From contig JANXAU010000037.1 of NCBI GenBank assembly GCA_025061735.1, positions 816 through 64,815 of the forward strand: a stretch of 64,000 nucleotides of DNA, given 5' to 3'. Below, piece after piece: positions 8,810-19,039 of this stretch. The stretch is from Candidatus Bipolaricaulota bacterium. GTDB lineage: Bacteria; Bipolaricaulota; Bipolaricaulia; RBG-16-55-9; DRXL01. Within the stretch, counting starts at the first letter, position 1, and every line of letters starts with the position of its first letter. The position numbers were made by a program, and so were the translations under genes. A model generated the notes under the pieces. That model searched no databases, was not told where the DNA came from, and saw only the letters and a program-made list of their open reading frames with translations.

Positions 8810-10710
8810 CGGGCGAGCGCGTCAGCCACCCGTTCCCACTCTTCCACTGCCATCTCCAGCTCCGCGCGCTTCTGATGGTAGAGCGCGGTGAGCGCGCGCA
8901 GACCCTCAAGATCGCCGGCGTAGCTCAGGTCTTCCATCTGGCGCTCCAGTTGGGCGATCTCCTCTTCTAGCCGAGAGACCTGAGCAACCAACTCGCTCTC
9001 GCGGGCCGCGAGCTTGGCCCGCTGACGCTCGCGCTGGCGCTGCTCCCTTCCCGGAGAGAACGGACGCCCCCGGCTTCTCTTAGCAGAAGTCTCATGCGCC
9101 GACTGTTGCTCCTCGCGCGCCCGCTGCGCTCGATAGCTCTCATAATCCCCATCGTAGACGCGAAGCCGGCCGTCGCGAATCTCCCAGATCTGGGTGGCCA
9201 ACGCTTGGATCAGATAGCGATCGTGCGAGACGAGCAGAACCGTGCCGGGATACTCTTTGAGGGCCTCTTGCAAGACCTCGCGCGCGTCCATGTCGAGGTG
9301 ATTGGTCGGCTCGTCGAGAAGGAGAAAATTCCCCTTGAGCTGGGCCAATCGCGCCAAGGCCACCCGACTGCGCTCTCCTCCCGATAGCTCCCCGATCTTC
9401 TTGAAGACTTCGTCTCCGGAGAAGAGAAACTGCCCCAGATAATCGCGCGCGGCCGCGACCGTTTGGTCTTTGCCCGCCAGGATCACCTCTAGGACGGTCT
9501 GGTCGGCCTCGGCGCTTTCGAGCTGGCTCTGTTGGAAATAGCCGATCTGGACGTTGTGTCCTAGCTCGATCGTGCCGTGTACGGGAGGGATCTGCCCCAA
9601 GATGGTCTTGAGCAGGGTGCTCTTGCCGGAGCCGTTTGGCCCGATGAGCGCCGCGCGCTCGCCGCGCTGGAGCCGCAGATCCCCGCAGTAGACCAGCACG
9701 CGATTCTCATACCCGATCGCCAGGTCGCGCGCGCGCAGCACCCGCTGGCCGCTCTGGTGCTGGGCATCCAGATAGAGATGGATCTTCTTGGGAGTGCGGG
9801 GGCGCTCGATGCGCTCGAGCTTCTCCAGGAGCTTCTGACGCGCTTGGGCCTGCCCGGCGCGAAAGTCACCACCGGCGAGATTGCGCCGGATAAACTCTTC
9901 GGATTTTCTGATAAACTCTTGCTGCTCTTCGTAGAGCTTCCATTGGCGTTCGATCCGCGCCAGGCGCAAGACGCTGTAGTGCGAGTAGTTTCCGGGGTAT
10001 TCGTGCAGGCGCCCAAACTCCAATTCCCAGACCTTGTTGGCCAACTTGTCCAGAAAATAGCGATCGTGCGAGACGAGGACAAACGCGCCCTTCCAGCGCG
10101 ACAGATACTCCTCGAGCCACTCTAGGCCCTCGATATCGAGGTGGTTGGTCGGCTCGTCGAGCAGGAGGACGTCGGGAGATTCTAGGAGCAGGCGCGCCAG
10201 GGCGGCTCGCGTGCGCTCGCCGCCGCTGAGCTGGGACACGGGTTTTTGGACATCTTCGTCTCTGAACCCCAAGCCCGAGAGAACTTGTGCGATCCGGCTC
10301 TTGTACTCATACCCACCGGCGTGCCGAAAGCTCTCTAGCACCCGATCGTAACGATCCAACACTTCGGGAGAGGCTTCGCCGTGCGCCAGCTTCGCTTCTA
10401 GGTCGTGCAGCTCTTGTTCTTGTTTTAAGAGCGGGGCAAAAGCGCAGAGCATCTCGTCGTAGAGGGAGCGGTCGCTGCGCAGGTCGGGCTCTTGAGGAAG
10501 GTAGCCGACGCGCAGGTCCTTGGCATAGGTGACGCGACCGGAGCTAGGTTCCAAGCGGCGGGCCAAGATGCGCAACAGCGTAGACTTTCCGCTGCCGTTG
10601 AGGCCCACCAGCGCTACACGGTCGTCCCGGTGCAGCGCCACCGAGACCCGCTCCAAGACGACCTCCCCGCCATAGCGGTGCATCACGTTCTCGGTAGCGA
10701 TGAGAGCCAT
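8806..10710 (-). CDS. ABC-F family ATP-binding protein
   Basis: Two NBDs (GLNGSGKS/LSGGE/LLLDEPTNHLD and GPNGSGKS/LSGGE/LLLDEPTNHLD), no TM segments, C-terminal coiled coil. Confidence 0.92.
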   Translation of the reverse strand: MALIATENVMHRYGGEVVLERVSVALHRDDRVALVGLNGSGKSTLLRILARRLEPSSGRVTYAKDLRVGYLPQEPDLRSDRSLYDEMLCAFAPLLKQEQELHDLEAKLAHGEASPEVLDRYDRVLESFRHAGGYEYKSRIAQVLSGLGFRDEDVQKPVSQLSGGERTRAALARLLLESPDVLLLDEPTNHLDIEGLEWLEEYLSRWKGAFVLVSHDRYFLDKLANKVWELEFGRLHEYPGNYSHYSVLRLARIERQWKLYEEQQEFIRKSEEFIRRNLAGGDFRAGQAQARQKLLEKLERIERPRTPKKIHLYLDAQHQSGQRVLRARDLAIGYENRVLVYCGDLRLQRGERAALIGPNGSGKSTLLKTILGQIPPVHGTIELGHNVQIGYFQQSQLESAEADQTVLEVILAGKDQTVAAARDYLGQFLFSGDEVFKKIGELSGGERSRVALARLAQLKGNFLLLDEPTNHLDMDAREVLQEALKEYPGTVLLVSHDRYLIQALATQIWEIRDGRLRVYDGDYESYRAQRAREEQQSAHETSAKRSRGRPFSPGREQRQRERQRAKLAARESELVAQVSRLEEEIAQLERQMEDLSYAGDLEGLRALTALYHQKRAELEMAVEEWERVADALAR

Positions 10711-10736
10711 ACTCTCATAATAGTTCAGAGAGGGCG

Positions 10737-11786
10737 CTACTTCCAGAATCCTTGCGCGGCGAGCAGTTCGGCATCCAGCAGCGCGGCCCCGGCGGCGCCG
10801 CGCAGCGTGTTGTGCCCCAGAATCACAAACTTATAGTCCAAGACCGAACAGGCGCGCACCCGGCCCACGACCGTTGCCATTCCCTTCTCGAGCGTAGCAT
10901 CCAAGCGGGGTTGCGGACGGTCGGGTTCTTCTCGCAAGACGATAGGGCGCGTGGGGGCGCTGGGGAGCTTCAGCTCTTGGGGGAGCGCCGCGTAGCGTCG
11001 TAACGACTCTTTTATATCGTTGAGAGAGGCTTTTCGACGCAGCTTCACGGAGACGGACTCGCTGTGCCCATCGAGCACGGCAACACGAGTCGTCGTGGCG
11101 CTCACGGTCATCGGGTGCGGCTCGATCTTCTGATCGCGCAGCGTGCCGAAGACCTTCTTCGTCTCGCGCTCGATCTTCTCTTCTTCGCCGTCAATGTAGG
11201 GAATGAGATTGCCCAAGATATCCAACGAGGGCACCCCCGGATAGCCCGCTCCAGAGACCGCTTGCATCGTCGTCACGAGCACGCTTTCTATGCCAAAGTC
11301 TCGCTCTAACGGCGCCAGCGCCAAACAGAGCGTGATCGTCGAGCAGTTGCCGTTGGTGACGATAAAGCCCTTCCACCGGCGCTGCGCCCTCTGAAGCTCG
11401 ATCAGCTTGAGATGCTCGGGATTGATTTCGGGGATGAGAATGGGGACGTCGTCGTCCATGCGGTGGTTTTTGGCGTTGCTGAAGACGGCATATCCCGCGC
11501 GGGCAAACTCTTCTTCGATGGGGCCGGCGACCGACGAATCGAGCGCCGAGAAGACAATCGAACAGTCTAGATCGGGCTTGGGTTCTAAGACGGGCAGCTG
11601 GGCGATCTTGTCGGGAATGGGGGAGTCTAGCTTCCAGCGGACGGCCTCTTTGTAGGTTCTCCCCGCCGAGCGCTCCGAGGCTGCTAGAGCCGTCACCTCA
11701 AACCAGGGGTGCTCAGCCAGGAGCTGGACGAAGCGCTGGCCGACCGTCCCCGTCGCGCCGAGAATCCCGACCTTGAGCTTGTGCAT
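10737..11786 (-). CDS. asd: Aspartate-semialdehyde dehydrogenase (archaeal/eukaryotic-type subfamily)
   Basis: GILGATGTVGQRF, HPWFE, TNGNCST, QAVSGAGYPG, GHNTLRGAAG. Confidence 0.93.
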   Translation of the reverse strand: MHKLKVGILGATGTVGQRFVQLLAEHPWFEVTALAASERSAGRTYKEAVRWKLDSPIPDKIAQLPVLEPKPDLDCSIVFSALDSSVAGPIEEEFARAGYAVFSNAKNHRMDDDVPILIPEINPEHLKLIELQRAQRRWKGFIVTNGNCSTITLCLALAPLERDFGIESVLVTTMQAVSGAGYPGVPSLDILGNLIPYIDGEEEKIERETKKVFGTLRDQKIEPHPMTVSATTTRVAVLDGHSESVSVKLRRKASLNDIKESLRRYAALPQELKLPSAPTRPIVLREEPDRPQPRLDATLEKGMATVVGRVRACSVLDYKFVILGHNTLRGAAGAALLDAELLAAQGFWK

Positions 11787-11814
11787 CTTCAGCTTCTCCT
11801 CGACTCTTAAGAAA

Positions 11815-12234
11815 TTAGGGCGAGAGAGTCTCTCCGAAGAAGAGGGCGATCTCGCGCTTGGCCGATTCTGGAGAATCCGAGCCGTGAATCAAGTTCTTCG
11901 TGAGGTCAAGCCCGAAGTCTCCCCGGATCGTCCCCGGCGCGGCGTTGAAGGGGTTGGTCGCGCCCATCATGGCGCGCACGACGCTGATCGCGTTGGGGCC
12001 TTCGACGATCATAGCAACAATAGGGCCGCTCGTGACAAAATCGACCAATTCTCTGAAGAACGGCTTCTCGCGGTGCTCGCCGTAGTGGGTCTCGGCGAGC
12101 TTGCGCTCGATGCGCATCATCTTCAGGGCTATGATATTGAGATTCTTCTGCTCGATGCGCCGGATCAGCTCCCCCATCAGACGACGCTCAACGGCGTCGG
12201 GCTTGAGCATGACGAACGTGCGTTCCGTAGCCAT
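11815..12234 (-). CDS. ndk: Nucleoside-diphosphate kinase
   Basis: [32 protein letters not shown]; SD GAGGGAG before ATG 12234. Confidence 0.96.
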   Translation of the reverse strand: MATERTFVMLKPDAVERRLMGELIRRIEQKNLNIIALKMMRIERKLAETHYGEHREKPFFRELVDFVTSGPIVAMIVEGPNAISVVRAMMGATNPFNAAPGTIRGDFGLDLTKNLIHGSDSPESAKREIALFFGETLSP

Positions 12235-12301
12235 GACACTCCCTCTCGAATGAGTTCTGTGAATTAGCCAAGATTGTAGCGCTTGAAAAAGAGTTTGCAA
12301 G

Positions 12302-13414
12302 TCAGGCCAAGCGCAAGTATCTCTTGCCCTCGATCTCCTGCGCCAGTCCGTGCAGCGCGAGCGTCAATAACCCCTCGGAGACCTCGCCCACCGACAGCCC
12401 CGTCTTAGAGACGATCTCATCGAAGTGTATCGGCTCGAACTCTAAGACCGAAAAGATCTTCTCTTCGAGCGGGGAGAGCGCGGGCTTCTGCGTCGGGACG
12501 GGTTTCTCTTTGCGCACTTGAAAGAGCGCTCGTAAGTCTTTGAACTCTTCTAAAATATCTACCACGCTCTCGACGAGTTTAGCACCTTCTTTAAGCAGTT
12601 TATGACAACCGCGATGCGATTGGCCGGTGATGGGACCGGGGACTGCAAAGACTTCGCGACTTTGCTCGAGGGCGCAACGTGCAGTGATCAGCGCGCCGCT
12701 GTCTATGGGGGCCTCGACGACGAGCACGCCCCGGCTCAGCCCACTGATGATGCGGTTGCGTTGGGGAAAGGTCCATTGGTCGGGACTCACTTCTGGGGCG
12801 AACTCGGTGATCGCGCAGCCGTTGGCGACGATCTCTTCTAGCAGTTTTTGATTGCTCTGGGGATAGGGTCTGGCGAAGCCGCTGCCGATCACGGCGATCG
12901 TGCGGGCATTCGCTTTGAGCGCGCCTTTGTGCGCCATGGTGTCAATCCCCTCGGCGAGGCCGCTCACAATCGTAAACCCCAAGCGCCCTAGCTCTTGGGC
13001 AAACTGCTGCGCAACGCGCTTTCCGTAAGATGTCGCTTTGCGCGTGCCCACAATCGCAATCGCCAATCTGTCTTTTTCTAGGTACTCTCCGCGCATGTAC
13101 AGCACGGGAGGGGGCGCCGAGAGCGCGCGCAGTGGCTCTGGGTAGTGCTCATCGGCCAGCGTCACGACGCTGAGTCCCAATTGCGCGATCTGTTCTAAAG
13201 CCCGGTCGAGATCGACTCGCTCGCGGTGGGCGCAGAACGTCTGCGCAGATTCAGCGAAGCCGGGGATCTCTTTGAGTCTTTCTAAGGGCGCTTCCCAGAT
13301 CTCCTGCGGGCTAGCGAAGTGATCGAGCAGAATCTGAAATTTTCTGGGGCTTAAGTTGGGGATGAGCGTGAGCGCGATCCAGTAGCGTTTGTGGTGTAAG
13401 CTTTCGTTGGGCAT
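12302..13414 (-). CDS. dprA: DNA-processing protein DprA
   Basis: [41 protein letters not shown]-terminal winged helix. Confidence 0.94.
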   Translation of the reverse strand: MPNESLHHKRYWIALTLIPNLSPRKFQILLDHFASPQEIWEAPLERLKEIPGFAESAQTFCAHRERVDLDRALEQIAQLGLSVVTLADEHYPEPLRALSAPPPVLYMRGEYLEKDRLAIAIVGTRKATSYGKRVAQQFAQELGRLGFTIVSGLAEGIDTMAHKGALKANARTIAVIGSGFARPYPQSNQKLLEEIVANGCAITEFAPEVSPDQWTFPQRNRIISGLSRGVLVVEAPIDSGALITARCALEQSREVFAVPGPITGQSHRGCHKLLKEGAKLVESVVDILEEFKDLRALFQVRKEKPVPTQKPALSPLEEKIFSVLEFEPIHFDEIVSKTGLSVGEVSEGLLTLALHGLAQEIEGKRYLRLA

Positions 13415-13420
13415 TTTCAG

Positions 13421-13494
13421 TGCGCCCGGTGCGACTCGAACGCACGACCTGCGGTTTAGGAAACCGCTGCTCTGTCCAACTGAGCTACGGGCGC
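13421..13494 (-). tRNA. tRNA-Arg(CCT), no encoded CCA
   Basis: Reverse complement GCGCCCGTAGCTCAGTTGGACAGAGCAGCGGTTTCCTAAACCGCAGGTCGTGCGTTCGAGTCGCACCGGGCGCA folds as a cloverleaf; anticodon loop TTCCTAA. Confidence 0.95.
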
Positions 13495-13566
13495 AAGTTC
13501 GATCTTAAGTTTAACAGAGTGAGAAGAATTTGCCAAGGGCAGATGTCCCCCAAATTTTAATCGGTC

Positions 13567-15639
13567 TCACGCTGAAAGAGCTGTTTCGAGCGCCTCCGGC
13601 TCCGTGAGCGGCGCCTGACACGCATACCCTCGACAGAGAAAGACCGTCGGTCGGCCCTCACGCGATCTCTTCCCCCTAAAGAGCGGGCTGAGCGCATCCC
13701 ATTCTAAAAGCTGATCGTCGCTGGCCACCGCTACGATCTTATTGGGCAGAAAGCGCTCGCGCACGACGCGCAGCAGTTCTATAGTGCGTTGGTCTTCTCG
13801 CTCTCCCACCAGAGCGATCTGGTCAATCGGCCCCAGATAAAAATCCAGAGCGCAGAGCCAGTGGGCAAAGCTCTGAGGAGAGCGCTCTAGATAGATTTGA
13901 TGACTCCGCAGGGCTTGCTCGGCTAGGGCGCGCAGATCGGCTCGTCCCGTGAACTCGGCCAGCCGCAAGAGCGCCAAAACCGCCGCAGAAGCCCCCGAGG
14001 GCGTCGCCCCATCGTAGAAGCTTTTTGGACGCACCAGAAGTCTCTCGTGATCGTGCGCCGTGAAGAAGAACCCACCAGAAGCTTCATCCCAGAAGAGCTG
14101 GCGCATCGTCTCGCTGAGCGCTAGGGCTTCTTTGAGATAAACCAAATCAAAGTTGGCTTCGTAGAGATCGAGCAGCGCTGTGATCAAGAACGCATAGTCT
14201 TCGAGATAGCCGTTAAGTTTGGCTTGGCCGTCTTTGTACGTTCGCAAGAGTTTTTCATTTTGTTTGAGGTGCTCAAGACAGAAGCGAGCGGCGTTCGTCG
14301 CGGCGCGAAGATACTCTTCGGTTCCCAAGACTTGATACGCCCGCGCGAACGCCGAGATCATCAGCCCGTTCCACGCCGTGAGAATTTTCTCGTCGCGCGC
14401 GGGCTTGGCGCGTCGCTCGCGCTCTGCAAAGAGAGCGCGCTTGACCCGCGCTAACCATAAGAGAAATTCCGACTCGGTCATCTGCGCTTTCGCTAAAAAC
14501 TCTTCGGTCATGTAGGGCACGTGCAGGACGCTCGTGTGGTGCTCAAAGTTCCCCGTCTCGGTCACGCCAAAATACTCGCACGCGAGCGCCCCGTCGCGCT
14601 CCCCTAAGACTCTCTTAATCTCTTCGGGCCTCCAGACGAAGAACGCGCCCTCGCCGTCGGCGCTGTCGGCGTCTTGGCTAGAATAAAAGCCCCCATCGGG
14701 GCTGGTCATCTCGCGCCGCACGTACTCCAACGTCTCTTCGACGATCCGACGATAGAGAGACTTTTTCGTCGCTTGATAGGCTTCAAGATAGCTCCAAACC
14801 AAGAGCGCGTTATCGTAGAGCATCTTCTCAAAGTGCGGGACTCGCCATTGGGCATCTACCGAATACCGATGAAAACCACCGCCTAACTGATCGTAGATGC
14901 CGCCGCGGGCCATCCGCTCTAGGCTGAACTCAACGATCTGCAGCGCATCGCGGTCGCCGGTGCGCCGAAAATAACGCAGCAACAAGCTCAGCTCCATGCT
15001 GTGCGGAAATTTAGGCGCACCTCCAAAGCCCCCGTGCACGCGATCGAAGCTCTCTAGAGAGACCAGATAAGCCCGCTGAAGCAAGTGCGGAGTGAGCAAG
15101 TTTGTTTCGGAGTTCGCTGAGCGTTGCTGGAGCTGTTGCAGGTGCTGCGTGAGCGCCGCAGCGTGCTCGACGATCCTGGCTCGCTCTTTCCCATAGAGTT
15201 CGACGATCGCTTTGAGCACGGTGAGAAATCCAGGACGCCCCCAGCGGTCTTCGGGGGGAAAGTAGGTCCCGCCGTAGAAGGGCTTCAGATCGGGCGTGAG
15301 AAAGACCGTCAGGGGCCAGCCGCCCTGACCGGTCATCAGTTGGACAGCCGTCATGTAGATCTCGTCGAGATCGGGACGCTCTTCACGATCTACTTTGATA
15401 TTCACAAAGTGCTCGTTCATGAAGCGCGCGATCTCTTCGTTCTCAAACGACTCGTGCTCCATCACGTGGCACCAATGACAGGCCGAGTAGCCGATAGACA
15501 AGAGAATCGGCTTGTCTTCACGACGAGCGCGCTCTAGGGCCTCAGCTCCCCACGGGTACCAATCTACGGGGTTATAGGCGTGCTGTTGCAGATACGGACT
15601 GGTCTCGTGAATCAGCCGATTGGGTTTCACGGGATTCAC
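13567..15639 (-). CDS. Thioredoxin-domain / (alpha/alpha)6 protein of the YyaL/DUF255 (SPATA20-like) family
   Basis: [56 protein letters not shown]; GTG 15639 overlaps the upstream stop (GTGA). Confidence 0.9.
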   Translation of the reverse strand: MNPVKPNRLIHETSPYLQQHAYNPVDWYPWGAEALERARREDKPILLSIGYSACHWCHVMEHESFENEEIARFMNEHFVNIKVDREERPDLDEIYMTAVQLMTGQGGWPLTVFLTPDLKPFYGGTYFPPEDRWGRPGFLTVLKAIVELYGKERARIVEHAAALTQHLQQLQQRSANSETNLLTPHLLQRAYLVSLESFDRVHGGFGGAPKFPHSMELSLLLRYFRRTGDRDALQIVEFSLERMARGGIYDQLGGGFHRYSVDAQWRVPHFEKMLYDNALLVWSYLEAYQATKKSLYRRIVEETLEYVRREMTSPDGGFYSSQDADSADGEGAFFVWRPEEIKRVLGERDGALACEYFGVTETGNFEHHTSVLHVPYMTEEFLAKAQMTESEFLLWLARVKRALFAERERRAKPARDEKILTAWNGLMISAFARAYQVLGTEEYLRAATNAARFCLEHLKQNEKLLRTYKDGQAKLNGYLEDYAFLITALLDLYEANFDLVYLKEALALSETMRQLFWDEASGGFFFTAHDHERLLVRPKSFYDGATPSGASAAVLALLRLAEFTGRADLRALAEQALRSHQIYLERSPQSFAHWLCALDFYLGPIDQIALVGEREDQRTIELLRVVRERFLPNKIVAVASDDQLLEWDALSPLFRGKRSREGRPTVFLCRGYACQAPLTEPEALETALSA

Positions 15640-16103
15640 CAACGATGGTACGCGGGGTGTCCGGGCTTGACGGCGACGAAGACCCCGCGACACGTGGCGC
15701 AGAGCTTTTCGTCGTGCGAGAAGAGCTGGCCCTCGACGACGGCGCGGTCTTCGCTCAGCTCGACGGCCTTGGCGCGCAGGCGCACCGGACCGTCCGTTGG
15801 CGTAGGGCGCAAGAATTTCACCGAGTACTCGGCCGTGACGGTGCACGGCGGGCTGCTTAAGTTCTTCTGTTGCATCAGAGAGTAAGCGGCCGTCCAGTTG
15901 CAATGGCAGTCGAGCAGCGTTCCAATAATTCCCCCGTTGAGCGCGCCGCTGAACGCTTGATGATGGGGTTGTGGCCTCCATTCGGCGACGACCTCGTCGC
16001 CGCGCGCGAAGCTGCGAATCTGCAGCCCTTTGGGATTTGCCGGGCCGCAGCCATAGCAGATGCTCTGGGGAGCGTAGGTCTCTTGCAGACTCTTCTCGCT
16101 CAT
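15636..16103 (-). CDS. PaaI family (hotdog-fold) thioesterase
   Basis: [37 protein letters not shown]. Confidence 0.85.
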   Translation of the reverse strand: MSEKSLQETYAPQSICYGCGPANPKGLQIRSFARGDEVVAEWRPQPHHQAFSGALNGGIIGTLLDCHCNWTAAYSLMQQKNLSSPPCTVTAEYSVKFLRPTPTDGPVRLRAKAVELSEDRAVVEGQLFSHDEKLCATCRGVFVAVKPGHPAYHRW

Positions 16104-16110
16104 GAATCAA

Positions 16111-16163
16111 ATTATAGCACAGAGCGCGCTTGGGTTGCACTCACGCTTCCCTAGCGTTACAAT
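16111..16163. promoter_or_regulatory. Divergent promoters for the PaaI (-) and S8 (+) genes
   Basis: Minus strand: TG-C-TATAAT (hexamer 16116-16111) 7 nt before ATG 16103. Plus strand: TTGCAC (16135-40), 17 nt, TACAAT (16158-63), 8 nt before GTG 16172. Confidence 0.65.
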
Positions 16164-16171
16164 CACGCTTT

Positions 16172-17617
16172 GTGATGCTCATGCGCACACTCTTAGCACT
16201 AATAGGTCTAACGATAGCGGTCTTGGTGGTGCCGCGTCTTTCGGAGACAGAAGCGTCTTGGAAGACGTCTAAAGCTTTAGAGAGTCTCTTGCTGCGCGAA
16301 GGGCGCGCGGATATTCTGGTGGTTCTCCACGAGCAAGCCGATCTGCGCGCAGCCAAGAACTTCTCTACGCAGCACGAGCGCGGACGCTTTGTCTATGAGC
16401 GGCTGACCGAAATCGCCCAAAGATCGCAGCGCGAGCTGCGAGCGTACTTGGACGCTAAAAAAGTCTCATATCGCGCGCACTACTTGATCAATATGATCGC
16501 GATCTCTGGGGCCGATCTGGGCCTGGTGCGCGCGCTCGCTCAGCGCGCGGACGTTGCGCGCATCGAACTCAACCCCAAGGTACGCAATCAGCTTCTTCAG
16601 ATCGAAAGAGACTCTCCGGCTCAAACAGACGTCTTGTGGAATCTCAAGATTATCAATGCTGATCAAGTCTGGGCGCTGGGAATCACGGGCAAGGGCGTCG
16701 TCGTGGCCGGCGCTGACACCGGCGTGGACTGGCAGCATATAGCTCTGATGAAGACGTATCGCGGCTTTGACGGAGAGAGAGCCGATCATAATTATAACTG
16801 GCACGACGCGGTCGAGGGCTTGCCGGAGCCCCTAGACCCCGGCGGGCACGGGACGATCACCTTGGGGGTCGTTGTGGGCGACGACGGCCAGCGCGCGCGC
16901 ACCGGCGTCGCCTATGAAGCCCAATGGATCGCTTGTCGCAACATGGAACCCAATGGGTTTGGTACCCCTGAGCGTTATATTGGCTGCATGGAGTTTTTTA
17001 TGGCGCCCTATCCCCTTGGGGGAGACCCTTTTAAAGATGGGGACCCCAGCAAAGCACCGTCGGTGATCAACAACTCGTGGGGCTGTCCTCCCAACGAGGG
17101 CTGCTCCCCGGAGACCCTCAAAGAGGCCGTCGAGCGCGTGCGCGCCGCGGGGATTCTCTTTGTGGCCGCAGCGGGCAACGATGGCCCCAACTGCCGCTCG
17201 ATAGATACGCCGCCAGCGATCTACAGCGCGGCGTTCACCGTCGGTGCGACCAATCGCAATGACGAGATCGCGCGGTTCAGCAGTCGCGGTCCGGTGGGCT
17301 TCTTTGGTCTGGATCGTATCAGCCCCGACGTGAGCGCGCCGGGGGTGGGGGTGCGTGGCCCCCTGCCGGGGGATCGCTATGCCAGTGCCAGTGGGACGTC
17401 TCTGGCGGCTCCGCACGTGGCCGGCGTCGCCGCGTTGATCTTCCAAGCGGCGCCGCGGTTGAAGGGGCGGGTCGAGATCGTAGAAGATTTATTACGTCAG
17501 ACATCTCTAGATCGTCCAGGGACGGACTGTGGGGGAGATCGTCCCGATAATACGTACGGCTGGGGGCGGATTGACGCTCTAGCCGCGGTGAAAGCCGCGT
17601 TGGAGAGACAAGAGTGA
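16172..17617 (+). CDS. Secreted S8 (subtilisin/bacillopeptidase F-like) serine peptidase
   Basis: Signal peptide and propeptide; triad motifs AGADTGV, GHGT, SGTSLAAPHVAG; oxyanion AAAGN. Start could be 16172, 16175 or 16181. Confidence 0.9.
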   Translation: MMLMRTLLALIGLTIAVLVVPRLSETEASWKTSKALESLLLREGRADILVVLHEQADLRAAKNFSTQHERGRFVYERLTEIAQRSQRELRAYLDAKKVSYRAHYLINMIAISGADLGLVRALAQRADVARIELNPKVRNQLLQIERDSPAQTDVLWNLKIINADQVWALGITGKGVVVAGADTGVDWQHIALMKTYRGFDGERADHNYNWHDAVEGLPEPLDPGGHGTITLGVVVGDDGQRARTGVAYEAQWIACRNMEPNGFGTPERYIGCMEFFMAPYPLGGDPFKDGDPSKAPSVINNSWGCPPNEGCSPETLKEAVERVRAAGILFVAAAGNDGPNCRSIDTPPAIYSAAFTVGATNRNDEIARFSSRGPVGFFGLDRISPDVSAPGVGVRGPLPGDRYASASGTSLAAPHVAGVAALIFQAAPRLKGRVEIVEDLLRQTSLDRPGTDCGGDRPDNTYGWGRIDALAAVKAALERQE

Positions 17618-17647
17618 GTTTTCGCGCTCGAGATGCCTGGGCGACTT

Positions 17648-19039
17648 TTAAAAACACCGTAGCTGTCCGTCTTCTAGCACCCATAGGCGCTCCGCCCACT
17701 CTTCAAATCCCGAGGAGACGACTAAGAGAATCGTCTTTCCCTGAGAGCGTCGTTGTTGCAGCATCGTTAGAATCTGCCGTTGGCCGTCGGGGTCGAGCGC
17801 GTAGAGCGTCTCGTCGAGAATGAGCATCTGGGGATCGAGAGCCAGGATCGCTGCGATGGCCAGTCGCGCCTGCTCGCCCCCGCTCAGCGTCTGCGCCGAA
17901 CGCGCTCGCAACTCCTCCCAATCCAATCCCACCGATTCACAGGCCCACCGCGCGCGCGCCTCTCGCTCGGATGCGCTCAGATTCTGCGCTTCTAACCCTA
18001 ACTCTATCTCTGCCGCAACACTCTCCCCCAAGAGCTGCTGAGAGGGTTCCTGAAAGACCAAGCCCACCAAACGCACGCGCTCTGACGCCCGCAGCGCCCG
18101 GATCGGCCGACCGTTCACTACGACTTCTCCCTGAGTTGGCTCCTCTAAGCCCGCCAACAACTGCACGAACGTTGATTTCCCCGCCCCCGCCCTCCCTTGC
18201 AGCACGATGAACTCCCCCGCGCCCACCGAACACGAAAGATCACGCAGCACAAACCCCGAAGACCCTTCATAAGCAAAGCTCAAATTCCGCGCTTCGAGCA
18301 CAAAAGAGCGCTCGCGGGTTTTATCGGTATTGGGGGGACGCGGAACCCGCGAACCCACGAACTCGTGAACTCCCGAACGCTCGACAATGCTCAGTCGTCC
18401 CTCCTCTAGTCGAAGCGCCCGATCGTAAAAGCGCTCTGGGAACTCCCGATGCGAGATGAGCAAAATCCCGTGCCCTTCAGATCGCAGCTCTTTGAATAAC
18501 AGAATCAGTTCGCGCAAGAGCCGATCATCGGCGGCGATGTCGGGTTCATCAAAGATAAAATAGCGCGGCTTGAGCGCTAACAGTCCCGCGAGAGCCAAGC
18601 GCTGGCGCTCCGCGGGGATGAGGGCCTCTACGGTATGCGCGGCGTAGCTCCCCAGCCCCACACGCTCTAACGCCGCCCGCGCGCGCCGCTCGATCTCGTC
18701 AGGCGGGAACGCTAGATTCTCTAGCCCAAACGCAACTTCTTCTAGAGGCGTCTGTGCTACCAGATGCGCATGGCTCTCCTGAAAGAGCAAGCCCACCCGA
18801 CGACGCACCTCGCGCAGATGGGCTAAATCGCGAGTATCGAAGCCATCTACGGTGACGGAGCCTTCGGTGGGGATGAGCAGCCCGGCCAGATAGCGCGCCA
18901 GCGTCGTCTTGCCTGCGCCGTTGCGCCCCGAGAGCCAGACGATCTCCCCCGGCGCCAGCGTTAGGTCTAAGCGCTCAAAGAGCTTAGGGCGAGAACCAGA
19001 CGAGATAGGGCGATGGCTGAGCCCGCGCACTTCGATCAT
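17648..19039 (-). CDS. Fused double ABC ATPase of the ECF-transporter A-A' type
   Basis: Two NBDs (GRNGAGKT and GRAGAGKS) with VGLLFQE / VGLVFQEP Q-loops and EEVAFGLEN, typical of EcfA/CbiO. Confidence 0.8.
   Translation of the reverse strand: MIEVRGLSHRPISSGSRPKLFERLDLTLAPGEIVWLSGRNGAGKTTLARYLAGLLIPTEGSVTVDGFDTRDLAHLREVRRRVGLLFQESHAHLVAQTPLEEVAFGLENLAFPPDEIERRARAALERVGLGSYAAHTVEALIPAERQRLALAGLLALKPRYFIFDEPDIAADDRLLRELILLFKELRSEGHGILLISHREFPERFYDRALRLEEGRLSIVERSGVHEFVGSRVPRPPNTDKTRERSFVLEARNLSFAYEGSSGFVLRDLSCSVGAGEFIVLQGRAGAGKSTFVQLLAGLEEPTQGEVVVNGRPIRALRASERVRLVGLVFQEPSQQLLGESVAAEIELGLEAQNLSASEREARARWACESVGLDWEELRARSAQTLSGGEQARLAIAAILALDPQMLILDETLYALDPDGQRQILTMLQQRRSQGKTILLVVSSGFEEWAERLWVLEDGQLRCF

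Noticed and set aside
15640-16140. 857-aa version of the YyaL/DUF255 protein in the ORF track, looking like a novel N-terminal fusion
   Set aside because: The extra ~167 codons overlap the well-formed PaaI gene on the same strand in another frame; family similarity begins at GTG 15639.
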